The notes below the pieces were generated by a model that worked only from the letters and a program-made list of their open reading frames with translations, did no database searches and had not been told where the DNA came from. From Eledone cirrhosa (Eukaryota), in assembly GCA_964016885.1 (NCBI GenBank), contig OZ024743.1, forward strand, positions 24,180,001-24,244,000: a stretch of 64,000 bases of DNA, read 5' to 3'. The position numbers and the translations under genes were made by a program. Below, piece by piece: positions 15,733 to 27,664 of the stretch; position 1 is the stretch's first letter, and every line of letters starts with the position of its first letter.

Positions 15733-17128
15733 CTCGATTGGGCGATAGACGAAATCCGAGCAATTGATGTTAAAACTCGAAAAATTCTAAACACCGGAAA
15801 CTTCCACATCAACAGTGACATAGACCGCCTCTACTTGAAACGTAAGCAGGGAGGCAGAGGCCTAACATCAGTCCAGAGAGCATTTGAGTGTCGCATCATA
15901 TCCCTCCGACAACATTTACGAACCTCAAAGCGTACGAGCCCATCTATTGAGCAAGTCTATCTGCATGAGACAGATAACATCATGAGAGTTGGGAAGTAAC
16001 TCCTTGAAAGATATTCCCTGCGTGATAGTCAAAAACTCATACAGGGTAATTGCCCAGCAGTACCGCAGTGAATCCATGGATGGATACTGCATGCTTAGCT
16101 GCAAAAATTCATGCGAGGGTATGTTGCCAGGAAGCTCCAAGGTAAGAGTAATATAGATAAGCAAAGTAGTCTATCTTGAACCAACAACCGCTATATTGGC
16201 TCCCACTTTGAAGGATACGCTTTTGCAATCCAAGAACAGGAAATCAAACAAAATACCTGATTCACAAAAGAGATAGGGATGCAGGCAAAACAGTAGATGT
16301 GATAACAAGTGCAGACTCTGCAGAATTAACAACGCAGATGTCACATGTCATAAGCAGCTGTCCAAAGATGTCATCACGGTAATATCTACCTATGAGGCAT
16401 GTTGTAGTGGCCAAAACACTGTACAATGCAATCCGTAGAAAAGAAAGCCCCGATAATAAACACATTAAAAGCTACAGTAATGTGGAAGACATACATATAT
16501 ACATAATATGAAAGAGTACTGGTGGAATGTTCCAGTAAAAACCCCAATCAAATGCAGGCATAACAGACCAGGTATAATGATATGGGACAGGGAAAAGAAG
16601 GCATGCACAGTAGTGGACGTTAGCTGTCCAGCAGATGCCAATATAATATCAAAGATTAGCGAAAAAGGAGAATATCTATGCATAACTAATGATAAATCTA
16701 CTGATACTCCACCCTGACTATACCTTTAGATTTATGCCTGTGATTATTGGGGCACTGGGATATGTTAGTAACTGCCTCAGTACAATTCTTGAGAAGCTGG
16801 GCTTCACAAAAACAGACAGAAAGAACATGACTAGTTAGGAAATTACAAGTACAATAAATGGAACAGAAAAATATGTAAAACATTCCAAATGTCTGCATCT
16901 AATAACTGCATATACACTTGTACAGATATAAAGAATATGCACCTGCTCACATACAACTCAAAACATCCATATCCACACATACAATAACATCCATACCTAC
17001 ACATGCATGCATACAGACATGCAGACATATCTACCTAGTTAATGTTGTGTAATTGAGAGTCTTGTATCTATGTTAGAAACCGACTCTCTCTATTGGCAAA
17101 CATTTGTGAAATTATAAAACCCGAACAA
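15733..17128 (+). mobile_element. 5'-truncated R4-like RLE element (family B)
   Basis: Collinear with 54002-55409 (IDRLYLKRKQGGRGL, CRHNRPGIMIWD, VDVSCP); flanked by CATA repeats. Confidence 0.9.
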
Positions 17129-17325
17129 CATACATACACACATACATACCTGTATAGTAACTGTCAGTGACTTTTATGTTTGTCATACAGTTTGATAATA
17201 ATATTTTGTTAACGCAAGTTAACAAACTAATAGATTTTATGCAATATGAACGTTTTACTTGATTTCAAAATTTGGAACTTCGAACAGTAATTTTTTGTGT
17301 AAATGTTGAAGCAAATAACCTTTCT

Positions 17326-17352
17326 AAAACCGAACAGAATGAATTTATTTAG
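17326..17352 (-). terminator. Conserved polyadenylation signal block of paralogue 1
   Basis: Minus strand ctaAATAAAttc...ttcggtttt, shared by all three paralogues. Confidence 0.65.
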
Positions 17353-17405
17353 ATCGGACCTTGATATACTATTGGGGTTCTATATCAGTGTAATAATTTC
17401 TCAAT

Positions 17406-20400
17406 TTAATAATATCCATAACATGTGTTTGCGTAACTCATAACTTGGCAAGGGTTGTGCATCGTTTCAGAGTTCTGATAAGGGGAGTAAGCGTAATTTG
17501 TAGTAGGACTGGGATTGTAATGGGAGTAAGCGTAATTTGTAGTAGGAGTGGGATCGTAAGGGGAGTAAGCGTAATTTGTAGTAGGAGTGGGATTGTAAGG
17601 GGAGTAAGCGTAATTTGTAGTAGGAGTGGGATCGTAAGGGGAGTAAGCGTAATTTGTAGTAGGAGTGGGATCGTAAGGGGAGTAAGCGTAATTTGTAGTA
17701 GGAGTGGGATTGTAAGGGGAGTAAGCGTAATTTGTAGTAGGAGTGGGATTGTAAGGGGAGTAAGCGTAATTTGTAGTAGGAGTGGGATTGTAAGGGGAGT
17801 AAGCATAATTTGTAATAGGAATGGGATTGTTAGGTGCTATCGGTGTTTCCCTAATATCATAAGACTCTGTATTACCACAGCAATCTGTGATCACAAGTGA
17901 ACATATATTGTCATCATTTTCTTCGATTTCAATATTAATATTTTGTAGACAGTTTTCTTGCGCACCATGAGGGAGGGTTATTGATATTTCATATTCCTCC
18001 ACCTCGTCATCATCTGAATTCTCTATCATTAATGCTGGTGTAACTTGATATTCCTCCGTCTGTAATACATATTCTGGTGGAGAATGTTCTATTTCATTAA
18101 TATATAGTAGTGGAAGAGATGCCTCAGCTTTAAATTCCGATGAAGTAGGCTTTTCTTTTGTATATGTTGGTGAAACAAACTGTTCAACCCCTTTGAGTTT
18201 ACCGACTGATTCGATCGGTTTTTCCTTGAATTCAGATTCTATAAGTTCTTCTTTGCATTCAGTTAAAAATGTCGGTTCTATGGACTCTACTATCACTTCG
18301 GATGTATCAGCTTGCTCTATAGACAGTGTTTTGAATTCTGGTATATCTGCTGATTCTATAGGTTCGTCTTTGACTCCAGGTATATGTACCGGTTCTATAG
18401 GTTCTTTCACTTCAGGTGTATCCATTGATTTTATAGACTCTGCTTTGACTTCAGGTGTATCCATTGATTTTATAGACTTTGATTTGATTTCAGGTGTATC
18501 CATTGATTTTATAGACACTGCTTTGACTTCAGGTGTATCCATTGATTTTATAGACTTTGATTTGATTTCAGGTGTATCCATTGATTTTATAGACACTGCT
18601 TTGACTTCAGGTGAATCCATTGATTTTATAGACTTTGCTTTGATTTCAGGTGTATCCATCGATTTTATAGACTTTGCTTTGATTTCAGGTGTATCTGCTG
18701 GTTTTATAGTTTCTATTTCCACTTCAGTTTTATAATCCGAAGCGCGTTCATCCTTAACCTCAACCGGCGTAATGGTCTCCACTATCTCCAATTGAGACTC
18801 TTCTGGTGCATCATCTATCTCTATTAATATATCCGTCGCTTCCGGTATTTCAACTATTGGTGGTGTAGTACCAATATATTCCATTGCTAATTGTTGTTCA
18901 ACTTCTTCAATAACATCAACTATTGGTGGTGTAGTACCAATATATTCCATTGCTAATTGTTGTTCAACTTCTTCAATAACATCAACTATCTGGGCTGAGT
19001 GAACATTATTTTTGCTTGCAACTTCCGTTAGTGTTTTCTCTTGCAGTATGCCAGTCATACTCTCCTGGTAATTTGTGTTACCTGGATTGATGTATTGCTC
19101 AACGGCATCAGTATATATTGTGGGAGCTGGGTGAATACATATATGATCGCCACAAAAATCTGATATCAGTACATGTTCATAACAAGAATTTGAAATCTGT
19201 ACACATTCACAACAATCTGATACTTGTACATGTTCTACAGTTTCACAACAGTCTGATACTGGTATACATTCACAACAACACTCTGGGGCCTGTACAATTT
19301 CACAACAGTCTGATACTGGTACAGGTTTATGACAACAGTCTGGTACCAATACAGTTTCACACCAGCAGTCTGCTACTTGTATAGATTTATGACAACAGTA
19401 ACAGCAGTGGTTCGAAACTATCGATGCAATTTGTCGTTCAAAAATCTTCTCCGCCATTCCTAGGATTTTATTTATTACCAATGCTAACATAGCCTCTTCC
19501 TTCACTCCTGCTTCTATAGATTCTTTTTTTACTTCTGTTACTATAGGCTCTAAGTGATCTGTTACTATAGGCTCTAAGTGATCTGTTACTATAGGCTTTA
19601 AGTGATCTGTTACTATAGGCTCTAAGTGATCTGTCTGTGTAAACTTTTCAGTGATGCTTGCTTTATCTGCTGGTTCTGTAGGCTTTACCTTCAACTCATC
19701 TCTCTGTATGGACTGTTCGCTGATGCCCACTTTATCTTCTGTTTCTGTAGGTTTTTTGACGTCTGTTAACTTCACCGATTTTACAGATACTTTTTTGTCA
19801 TTAGTTATATCTACTGGCTTCATAGATACTTCGCCGATTTCTTGTGTATCTGCCCGTTTTATAGATTCTTCTTTGATTTCTGGTATATCTGCTGGTTCTA
19901 TATCCTCTTCTTTTACTTTATTTGTATCTGCCTCCTTTATTCGCTTTTCTGGTACTAATGCCCTATAATTCTCTGTAATATTACCTTCACTAGCTGTCCC
20001 ATCAGACATTTCGTTCGTCAGTGATGATGTATAAAGACCGTCCTTTGATGATTGTTCAAAGCGTGCAGCTTTCGATTTTGTTTTCTCTTGCAGTAAACCA
20101 GTCATATAGTTCTGATAGTATTCTTTATTTGGATCGATGTATTGTACGACGTTACCGGTAAATAACGTGCCGTCTGTATAAATGTATGTTTGATCACAAC
20201 AATTATCTGATATCATTACATGATCACAACAACAATCTGATACCGGTATATGTTGACAATAAGATTGTGATACTGATGGACCTCCACAACAGCCAATCTT
20301 CTCTCGCATTGACACCGGTAGGCAATTATTTCCTCTGACTTCGAACACGGCTAGTTGTTCACAGCTGCATCTCCTGGTGTCCAAAAATCTTATTGATCCA

Positions 20401-20708
20401 CCACTGATTCCTGAGTTCATAGAATTTGTTTGTCGCACACGGGTTTGGTCCTCCAGCCCCAAAACAGTTGGTTTCTCACAGGCATTCCTTGCTATATCAA
20501 AATGAGAGGCGGTAGTTTTCCCTGAATTTGTGTGTGCTTTAGAGACTCCTCCCAAATCCGGAAAGGTCAATGATTCGTGTCTATTCCTCACTGAATTTCC
20601 TTGTTGGCTACCATTATGGTTTTTGCCAGCTGAGGCGATTAGCCTTCGAATGTTATCTATCGTGATCTGTGAAAGAGTTCGGGGTGAATGACTGCCTCTC
20701 ACATTCAT
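17406..20708 (-). CDS. Paralogue 1: 1100-aa Cys-rich, acidic repeat protein of unknown function with a C-terminal Tyr-rich (NYAYSPYNPTPTT)n repeat
   Basis: Uninterrupted 3.3-kb ATG-initiated ORF with much non-repetitive sequence; protein similarity to the other two ORFs; AATAAA at 17344-17349 (minus strand). Confidence 0.85.
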   Translation of the reverse strand: MNVRGSHSPRTLSQITIDNIRRLIASAGKNHNGSQQGNSVRNRHESLTFPDLGGVSKAHTNSGKTTASHFDIARNACEKPTVLGLEDQTRVRQTNSMNSGISGGSIRFLDTRRCSCEQLAVFEVRGNNCLPVSMREKIGCCGGPSVSQSYCQHIPVSDCCCDHVMISDNCCDQTYIYTDGTLFTGNVVQYIDPNKEYYQNYMTGLLQEKTKSKAARFEQSSKDGLYTSSLTNEMSDGTASEGNITENYRALVPEKRIKEADTNKVKEEDIEPADIPEIKEESIKRADTQEIGEVSMKPVDITNDKKVSVKSVKLTDVKKPTETEDKVGISEQSIQRDELKVKPTEPADKASITEKFTQTDHLEPIVTDHLKPIVTDHLEPIVTDHLEPIVTEVKKESIEAGVKEEAMLALVINKILGMAEKIFERQIASIVSNHCCYCCHKSIQVADCWCETVLVPDCCHKPVPVSDCCEIVQAPECCCECIPVSDCCETVEHVQVSDCCECVQISNSCYEHVLISDFCGDHICIHPAPTIYTDAVEQYINPGNTNYQESMTGILQEKTLTEVASKNNVHSAQIVDVIEEVEQQLAMEYIGTTPPIVDVIEEVEQQLAMEYIGTTPPIVEIPEATDILIEIDDAPEESQLEIVETITPVEVKDERASDYKTEVEIETIKPADTPEIKAKSIKSMDTPEIKAKSIKSMDSPEVKAVSIKSMDTPEIKSKSIKSMDTPEVKAVSIKSMDTPEIKSKSIKSMDTPEVKAESIKSMDTPEVKEPIEPVHIPGVKDEPIESADIPEFKTLSIEQADTSEVIVESIEPTFLTECKEELIESEFKEKPIESVGKLKGVEQFVSPTYTKEKPTSSEFKAEASLPLLYINEIEHSPPEYVLQTEEYQVTPALMIENSDDDEVEEYEISITLPHGAQENCLQNINIEIEENDDNICSLVITDCCGNTESYDIRETPIAPNNPIPITNYAYSPYNPTPTTNYAYSPYNPTPTTNYAYSPYNPTPTTNYAYSPYDPTPTTNYAYSPYDPTPTTNYAYSPYNPTPTTNYAYSPYDPTPTTNYAYSHYNPSPTTNYAYSPYQNSETMHNPCQVMSYANTCYGYY

Positions 20709-20739
20709 TGTGTCAGCTCGTTAGTCGCTTTTAGTAGAA

Positions 20740-21535
20740 GTCATGAGATTTGAGATATTCCAGATTGTAGATTAGCTATTTCCGTTGTTAGAGCAGAATA
20801 ATGTTTCTTGCTATGGGATGACACTCGATCTAAATCAAGTCATTTGTTCTCATTGAAGAATATTAGTGCTGAATCCAAGCTTTTCCTACCATCTCAAGTT
20901 TCCCTACAATAAGCAAGCTAAAGATTGTGTGTGTTCTTTAATTTTACGAGTATAACGAAGTCAAGAAAACACAAATTCTCTTTACCTTTACTGTTGTAAT
21001 TCTTATTAATTGTTCCTACCTTCGCAGTCGACTCGGATAATATAAATCCGGTTATACGACCATGTATTTACACTATCTGAACTAAGTCATTTGATAGCGT
21101 CTTGTTAGCGTCTCCGGACAATAGTTTACATAGTGCAGCAGCCTCACACCACAACTACAGTTAGTAGATATGACACCAAAGAGATAACGGTTTTTGTGTC
21201 ATAATTATTACTGTTCCAGTTGATTATTCTTTTTCATATTACCCGAATATAAACACAAATTCCGAGTATAAGTTATTTAATCCATAGTACATAAAAAAAG
21301 TTATTGAGTGCCTCGTAATGGAAATATCTAACAAAGTTTGAAAAATATCTTTCCATGATTTTATTTCAATGATTTCTGTTGCTTTTCTCTGTTGTTTTTG
21401 GTAATGTTGGTGGTGATGATGATGACATTAGATGGTAGTACTATTGTATTACTGTTAAATAGATGCATGCCATAAAACAGTCATACCGATAGTGTGACAG
21501 TTTTAAAGCTATGGAAATTATATTGGTGGCGTTGC
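20740..21535 (-). promoter_or_regulatory. Conserved upstream region of paralogue 1 (5' UTR, possible intron, promoter)
   Basis: Ordered homologous blocks shared with 41190-42080 and 59835-60710 (ttacctttac.gttgtaatt; cgtctt.ttagcgtctc; aaagagataa; tgtgaca..tttaaa). Confidence 0.7.
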
Positions 21536-22696
21536 TGAGGAAATATCTTAAATACAATAACTTCGTATTTGCTTGCTTGCGCCGTTTGTCGTTGTTCAGT
21601 AATGAGTACGCATCTGCGCATGGAGACTAATGCATGAGCCACAATTCTTCAACCATGTGATGCACACGTGGGCAGATGTTGAACCCTGCTTTTGTGTGAC
21701 ATTGATGTTTCTATTCGCAATATAGCACTCCTTTGACTGTAGCCGGGTGGCTTCAAGTGAGGGACGAAACGCCAACAGGCACTAGTATGAGCTAAATCTT
21801 CCCATTAGGCTTGTGGAATCTTGTAAAGATCAAACAATTGTCTCAGTTTATAATAGTAACCTTTCCTCCTGCCACGGAGATCTTTAGCTCAATGTAAATT
21901 ACTAGTAAACTTGGCGCGATAGAAAGAGCAGGAATATGAATTGTATGTCTTTTGCCTGTATGCATTTCAAATTTTGCGTTATTGTTTTTTATATTTTTGC
22001 CTTTTATTTTTTCTTCGATCACCATACCCCCATTTCTTTCTCTTTCTTATTTTCTTTCCGCATAAAGATGCTAATGGAAATTAGGCATTATTGTTAGAAT
22101 TATTGTTCTAAAGCAATAAAATTGAAAGAATTAAATAAAGCAACAAAGGAAGATTCTGCGAAGACTTTACGTTCAAAGCTGGTAAAAGATATATTTATAT
22201 TCAGAAGAGTTCATCTGGAAAGTTCAAAACATCTGAAAATTAATTCGTCTGGATTTAATCCTTTCTAATATTATTGTTCGTAGTGATTCTAGATTTATTG
22301 CTGAGGTTAGGATTAATGGTATATATTAGAATTAACAAAATGGAGATTAAGCTTATTGTTAGATCTAAGATTCATAATTAGAATTATGATCCCTGAGGAT
22401 TCCAGCTTGAAAAGATAAAGTTAATTATCAACATTAGGAGCTGATCATTTTTTAGTTGTTTTAATGTGTATACTTTCAACAATACGATATTTGCTCATGT
22501 TCCTAGTGAAATAAATTTTGACTAGATATACTTTATGACAATTGGCATAAAATAAAACTAAACTCAGATTTTGTTGACTAAACAAAGACAATTCTGTTTC
22601 AGTTTCTGGTTGATACCAATCTAATTCATTTACAATATTAATGCTATTAAGAAAGATATATGAATACAGAATTATAATTATTTTTTATCATCATCG

Positions 22697-22800
22697 AGGG
22701 CGCTGGATTCGCAGTGTCGCTAGATCGTCGGACTACATGCTTTGCGGCATATATTTGCGTTATGAGTTCAAATCCCGCCGAGGTTATCTTTGCTTTTCGG
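22697..22800 (+). mobile_element. tRNA-derived SINE 5' part (main family)
   Basis: B-box gagttcaaatcccgccgaggtt, shared with about 12 other copies. Confidence 0.75.
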
Positions 22801-22869
22801 CTAATCATCCCAGCTCTTAAAACCCTCGGTTAACGCCCAAAGACGCTGCCTGCATTGTCAGCTCTCGAA

Positions 22870-24160
22870 ATCTCTTGAAAGCCAAACGGGAGTGCCTGAG
22901 GATGTGGCATGTAGACCTGTTTAGAATGACGGAGAAATTGCGCTTTATTGACGCGCACCCGCGCATCCTCCTGAGGAACTGCTTCACCCTTCCTAAATTT
23001 TTGTTCAGGTTTCACTCTCTTCCAGATCGCCTCGGGGAACTCGATGCCACCACCCGGTGTTGTGTGTTACTCATCTGCAATATCAGCTTCGACAGCACCG
23101 GTTGGTAACCGATGAAGCTGTCTGTGAGTTTCGATGGCCTCGGATTCCAATCCGCATCCGATCTGGCACTGCCGGCCTACCTCTCCTCAATTTCCTCCAG
23201 TCGCATTCTCATCAGCGAGGTCCTCAGCAAGAACTAGAGTAGGTTCTGTCTCTCTGGACCAGCGAAAACCTCTCCGTTCTCCAGTATATTAGTGTCCAAA
23301 TTAACTGGGACGAAATCAAGTGCAAGTCTACCTTCAGGCGGATCGAATCAGGCTTGGACTTACACAGACTTGCCTATCTAAGTTCGGCTTCGCAACCAAA
23401 CAGCGCCGCGTGGCGCAATTCGGTGTCCTCATTCCTCATCAACCTGTACCTTTCTTGATGTCGAATGCACAAGAATCTGAAGAGCCCAATGCCTCGGTCT
23501 CCGCGTGTGTGAGCGATATAATTGGCATTGTGGAGATGACGTCGATGAATTTGGCCTGCACCCATTATTATGCCGCCAGTGCCCAGGCCATTTCCTCCGA
23601 CATGCCACTATCAATGACATAATGACAAGGAGCCCCCATGCATTTGGCTTCTCGTCACAACTGGAGCTAGGAGGCCTTAACCGTGGTGACGCATGTGCCG
23701 CGATGGAATTACCCTCATCTGGGACGCGACATGCTGAGACACGTTTTCCGCCTCCAACATATCGCTTCGGCCACAAACCCCGGTACTGCAGATCGCAATG
23801 CAGAGGACAGGATGACAAGCAAATACCGGACCTTATCCGACTGCTTCCTCTTTGCAACCGTCACCACCAAGACCTCGGGCGTCATCGGATCCCGGACAGC
23901 TGACCTCCGACGTAAAATCGGATCGATAGCAGCTGTTGCAGCGTGTCGTTGGCCATTGTCTGCGAAAATGCCTTTACTGTTTTGTCCACGGGGCCAAGCC
24001 GAAACACCGCTCTGACCTCGATGTAGAGTCTGTCACCCTCTCCCATTCACTCTTTCTAGTAGACTGTGATCTTCCCCTCCTTTTCCTCATATTTATGGCA
24101 TTTATATTCCTTTCTAATACTGCTTTCCTTTTCTGTATGTTTAACCAAATAAAAATTGCT
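22870..24160 (+). mobile_element. Decayed CRE-like RLE non-LTR retrotransposon, 3' part
   Basis: Fragments LLRNCFTLPKF, the Zn-knuckle CGDDVDEFGLHPLLC...RHATINDI, WDATC and a C-terminal LLQRV...ENA motif; frameshifted. Confidence 0.75.
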
Positions 24161-24255
24161 AAGTATATTTTGTGATGAAGGTATAGTGTTTGAATCGTTA
24201 AGACTTTTTCTACTTCGTCGTCTATTGTGTTTTTCCGTTTACGCTTCACACACAT

Positions 24256-24357
<102 letters not shown>

Positions 24358-24452
24358 CATAATATATATATATATATATGTATTTATATGTATATAAATT
24401 TATGTATGTATATATATATAAATTGATGTATGTATATATATATAAATTGCTG

Positions 24453-24499
<47 letters not shown>

Positions 24500-24503
<4 letters not shown>

Positions 24504-24835
24504 TAATTAAGAAAAATAAGACCACAAACTTCACAAGGAAGACATTATTAAAAGATTGTCAACATAGTTTTAGTTTAATGTAAGGAATATAAAGAATAAT
24601 AATAATAATACTAATAATGTCCGTTTACAATTGTTTCGCTACTCCATATACTGTTTCTGGATCAAATGATTATAGATCATTATTGATCTGGTTCAGTTGA
24701 AGATAATTAACTTAGGTAAAATTAGAGCAGTTCATCGGAACTTCAAAAGGAATATAAATTAAGGTAAAATGTTGACAATCTTTTAATAATGTCTTCCTTG
24801 TAAAATTTGTGGTCTTGTTTTGCTTAACTAATGAA
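24500..24835. mobile_element. Penelope-like remnant with an inverted repeat
   Basis: 24501-24566 is inverted at 24769-24834 and brackets a hammerhead-like core. Confidence 0.55.
24623..24741 (-). ncRNA. Hammerhead motif with a core substitution
   Basis: Minus strand: gtt-CCGATGA-actgctc...gagtagc-GAAA-caattg-TA-aac; palindromic stem III; U4C change. Confidence 0.5.
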
Positions 24836-25007
24836 TATTTCCAGCTCTGTGCACCTAACCTCTGCATGAACCAAGCCACCTAGTTGCCTTCCACTGCATA
24901 TTTCACATTGAGCACATGCCTTTACGCTTTGGCTTCTAACTAATTCACCAATCTCTCTTCTCCTCTCCTATCTCCATCCCTCTCTTTAAGATTGGTTACT
25001 CTTGAAC

Positions 25008-25059
<52 letters not shown>

Positions 25060-25119
25060 AAAAACATGAGAAGAAAGAAGAATACTGCGTGGTTTGCACA
25101 TGGGTTACATATGACAAAA

Positions 25120-25702
25120 ATAGTCCTTCGTCAGTGATTTTCCAACCATCATTGGTATTTTATCGCATTAAAAATCAGATACCTCAGGTTGGTACGAGCA
25201 ATAACTAAAAAAAGTTATTGGGACCAGAATTCGCGTAAGGCGAGGGGGACAAGTAAACAACATAGAAGGATAAAAGCAAACCGAAGATAGGAAAATAAAC
25301 AAGCAACATGGTTGTCCGGTCAGCATAATCTGGGTGGATTTCATGAGCGATCGGGATACAGACAATGAACCCCATTTGGCAAAAAACTACTGACCTAATG
25401 TTTAAAATATAAACAGCGTGTCTGCACCTGTTCCTCCATGATCACTGTTCACCTGCCAACTGTCAGAGCTAGTGAAAATATATATTTTCTAAAATATACA
25501 GTGATTGATTGCCCTGATTTGCATATTAGCAGACTAGCTGATCAGTCAGATCTGCATACTAACAGATCCACTGATCAGCCAGATTTGCATATCAGCAGAT
25601 AGGCCTGTCAGTTTCATGTATACAAGCGATTAATGGCCAGCTTTGCCATATTCAAATAACTAATAACATATTATTAATATTTGAAAAACTCAGATCACAT
25701 TT

Positions 25703-25742
<40 letters not shown>

Positions 25743-25860
25743 TAAATTTAGTCCTTCATCAGTGATCTGCCAACCTTCATAGGTATTTCATCGCTTTAAA
25801 GACCATATACCTCCGGTTGGTGCGAGCAACGGCTAAAGAAAGTCGTTGGGACACGCAAAT
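25120..25860. repeat. Pair of diverged direct repeats of about 110 bp (25120-25230 and 25748-25860), possibly Penelope pseudo-LTR pieces
   Basis: tagtccttc.tcagtgat...ggttggt.cgagcaa occurs in both; the minus strand has CTGAYGA-aggac. Confidence 0.5.
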
Positions 25861-26252
25861 AAGGGGAACGAGCGAGACAGTAAACAATCAAAGATGGTAA
25901 TGCAACGAAAAGTGAGGAATAAGGAGTCAAGTCCCTGAAATCGATGAACATAAGTTCTGTGAAATCGTGGACGAGAGAGAATAAAGACCATCAAACCTGG
26001 TCGAAATGTGAACAAGGAAAGAATTTCGCACAGGTCAAACGGGAGGAAGTAGGAGAGGGAGTAGCAGAGAGTGAGTGAGTGAAAGGTGAGGAAGAGGCTT
26101 ACAGAGAGAGTGACTGTTAGAGGGGGTAAAGGGAGGTGAGGGATACAGAGAAAAGAGGAAGCAGTAAGAAAGAAACAGACGGGTCACAGCGGAGGAAAAT
26201 ATATATATATATGAATATGAAAACATGGCGTGCTGCGTGGTTGCAAATGGGT

Positions 26253-26309
<57 letters not shown>

Positions 26310-26340
26310 TTATATACATATATATACATATATATATATA

Positions 26341-26480
26341 TCTACTTTTGGCACAAGGCCAGCAATTATCCCAGTGTATCACTGGTACTTTATTTTATCG
26401 ACCCCGTAAGGATGAAAGGCAAAGTTAAAACGGCGGGATTTGAACTCAGACCATAAAGGGCCGTAACTCTTTGCTGCAAA
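26341..26480 (-). mobile_element. tRNA-derived SINE (main family)
   Basis: ggcacaaggccagcaatt...tcgaccccgtaaggatgaaaggcaaagtt...gatttgaactcag. Confidence 0.85.
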
Positions 26481-26482
26481 TG

Positions 26483-26517
<35 letters not shown>

Positions 26518-26759
26518 GCACACATATATATCATCTTCATCATTTTACGTCCGCTTTTCCCTGCTTGCAAACGTTGCACGGTTCATATCCTTGTGCGATT
26601 GCTTGATGACGGTCGCGGGGTTCTTGCACACTGCCGCACTAGCCACCCCACTACCGTTCGCAGCCCTAATATGGTTAGTTTTATTGCTGTTTACGCAGCA
26701 ACTTATCTGTTGTGCTCATAATTTTTTTGGCATTAATATATACTGATTAATATATACTA

Positions 26760-27305
26760 CCAGTCTCTCTCAGATGATATTTATACTGTAAATATACCCC
26801 TTGTCCTTTATGCACAAGAAATAGGAAGAATATGTTATTGGTTCACAGGAGGCAGAAACACTAAGCTGGAAGACATGAACGTTTATGCCAAAAAATTATA
26901 AATGTTATGGCGAAAAACCTTGACCTGTAACAACATCCTCGAAAGAATGGATTTTAGTCAGGATAAATATCCCTATATAATTTTAAAACGAAAAAAAAAA
27001 ACTACAAGCTATTCTAGAAACATCTCTATGAATGGCCTGACTGTTTGGCCGACTTTGACTGCTTCAGATACTTACGGTAGTTGAAAATATATGCTATGAT
27101 GGAATTTCTAACAAGGAACGTGTACCCAGGGAATATAACATCCAATATCGTTTTCTGAAACGTAGATAAGATCCGAGTCATTGATGCTAAAACTCGAAAA
27201 GTTCTAACCGACCCCGGAAAGTTCCACATAAACAGTAACATAGACGGCCTCTACTAGAAGCATAAATACGGCAGCAGAGGCTTAACATCAGTTCAATCAA
27301 CATTC

Positions 27306-27309
<4 letters not shown>
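26760..27309 (+). mobile_element. Decayed R4-like fragment (a related piece lies at about 25330-25450)
   Basis: Aligns by eye with 13855-14490 and 54010-54160 (e.g. ttccacataaacagtaacatagacggcctctac). Confidence 0.7.
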
Positions 27310-27338
<29 letters not shown>

Positions 27339-27664
27339 TTTCATTTATTGGCCACAAGGGCCGACATATAGGGGACAATACAAAAGACTGGGACAGTGGG
27401 GTTTTACAGAAAAATCGAGTAAACAATATGAATCACAATAACAAAGTAACAATAAAGTAACAAGAAAATTACAAGAAAAAATTCCCCAATAGAGGGGATG
27501 ACCACTCAGGGTTCGTTCAGGTACCACACCAGTCCTGAACGACCCGACGCTTCGAGAGCACCCTGGAAAGGCACCCCCTCTCCTCTTAAAATTTACCTAC
27601 CTACAGCCGCATGACCAGAGTAGGCCCACTCACACGGGCCATTCTCGCCACATTCACCCACCTT

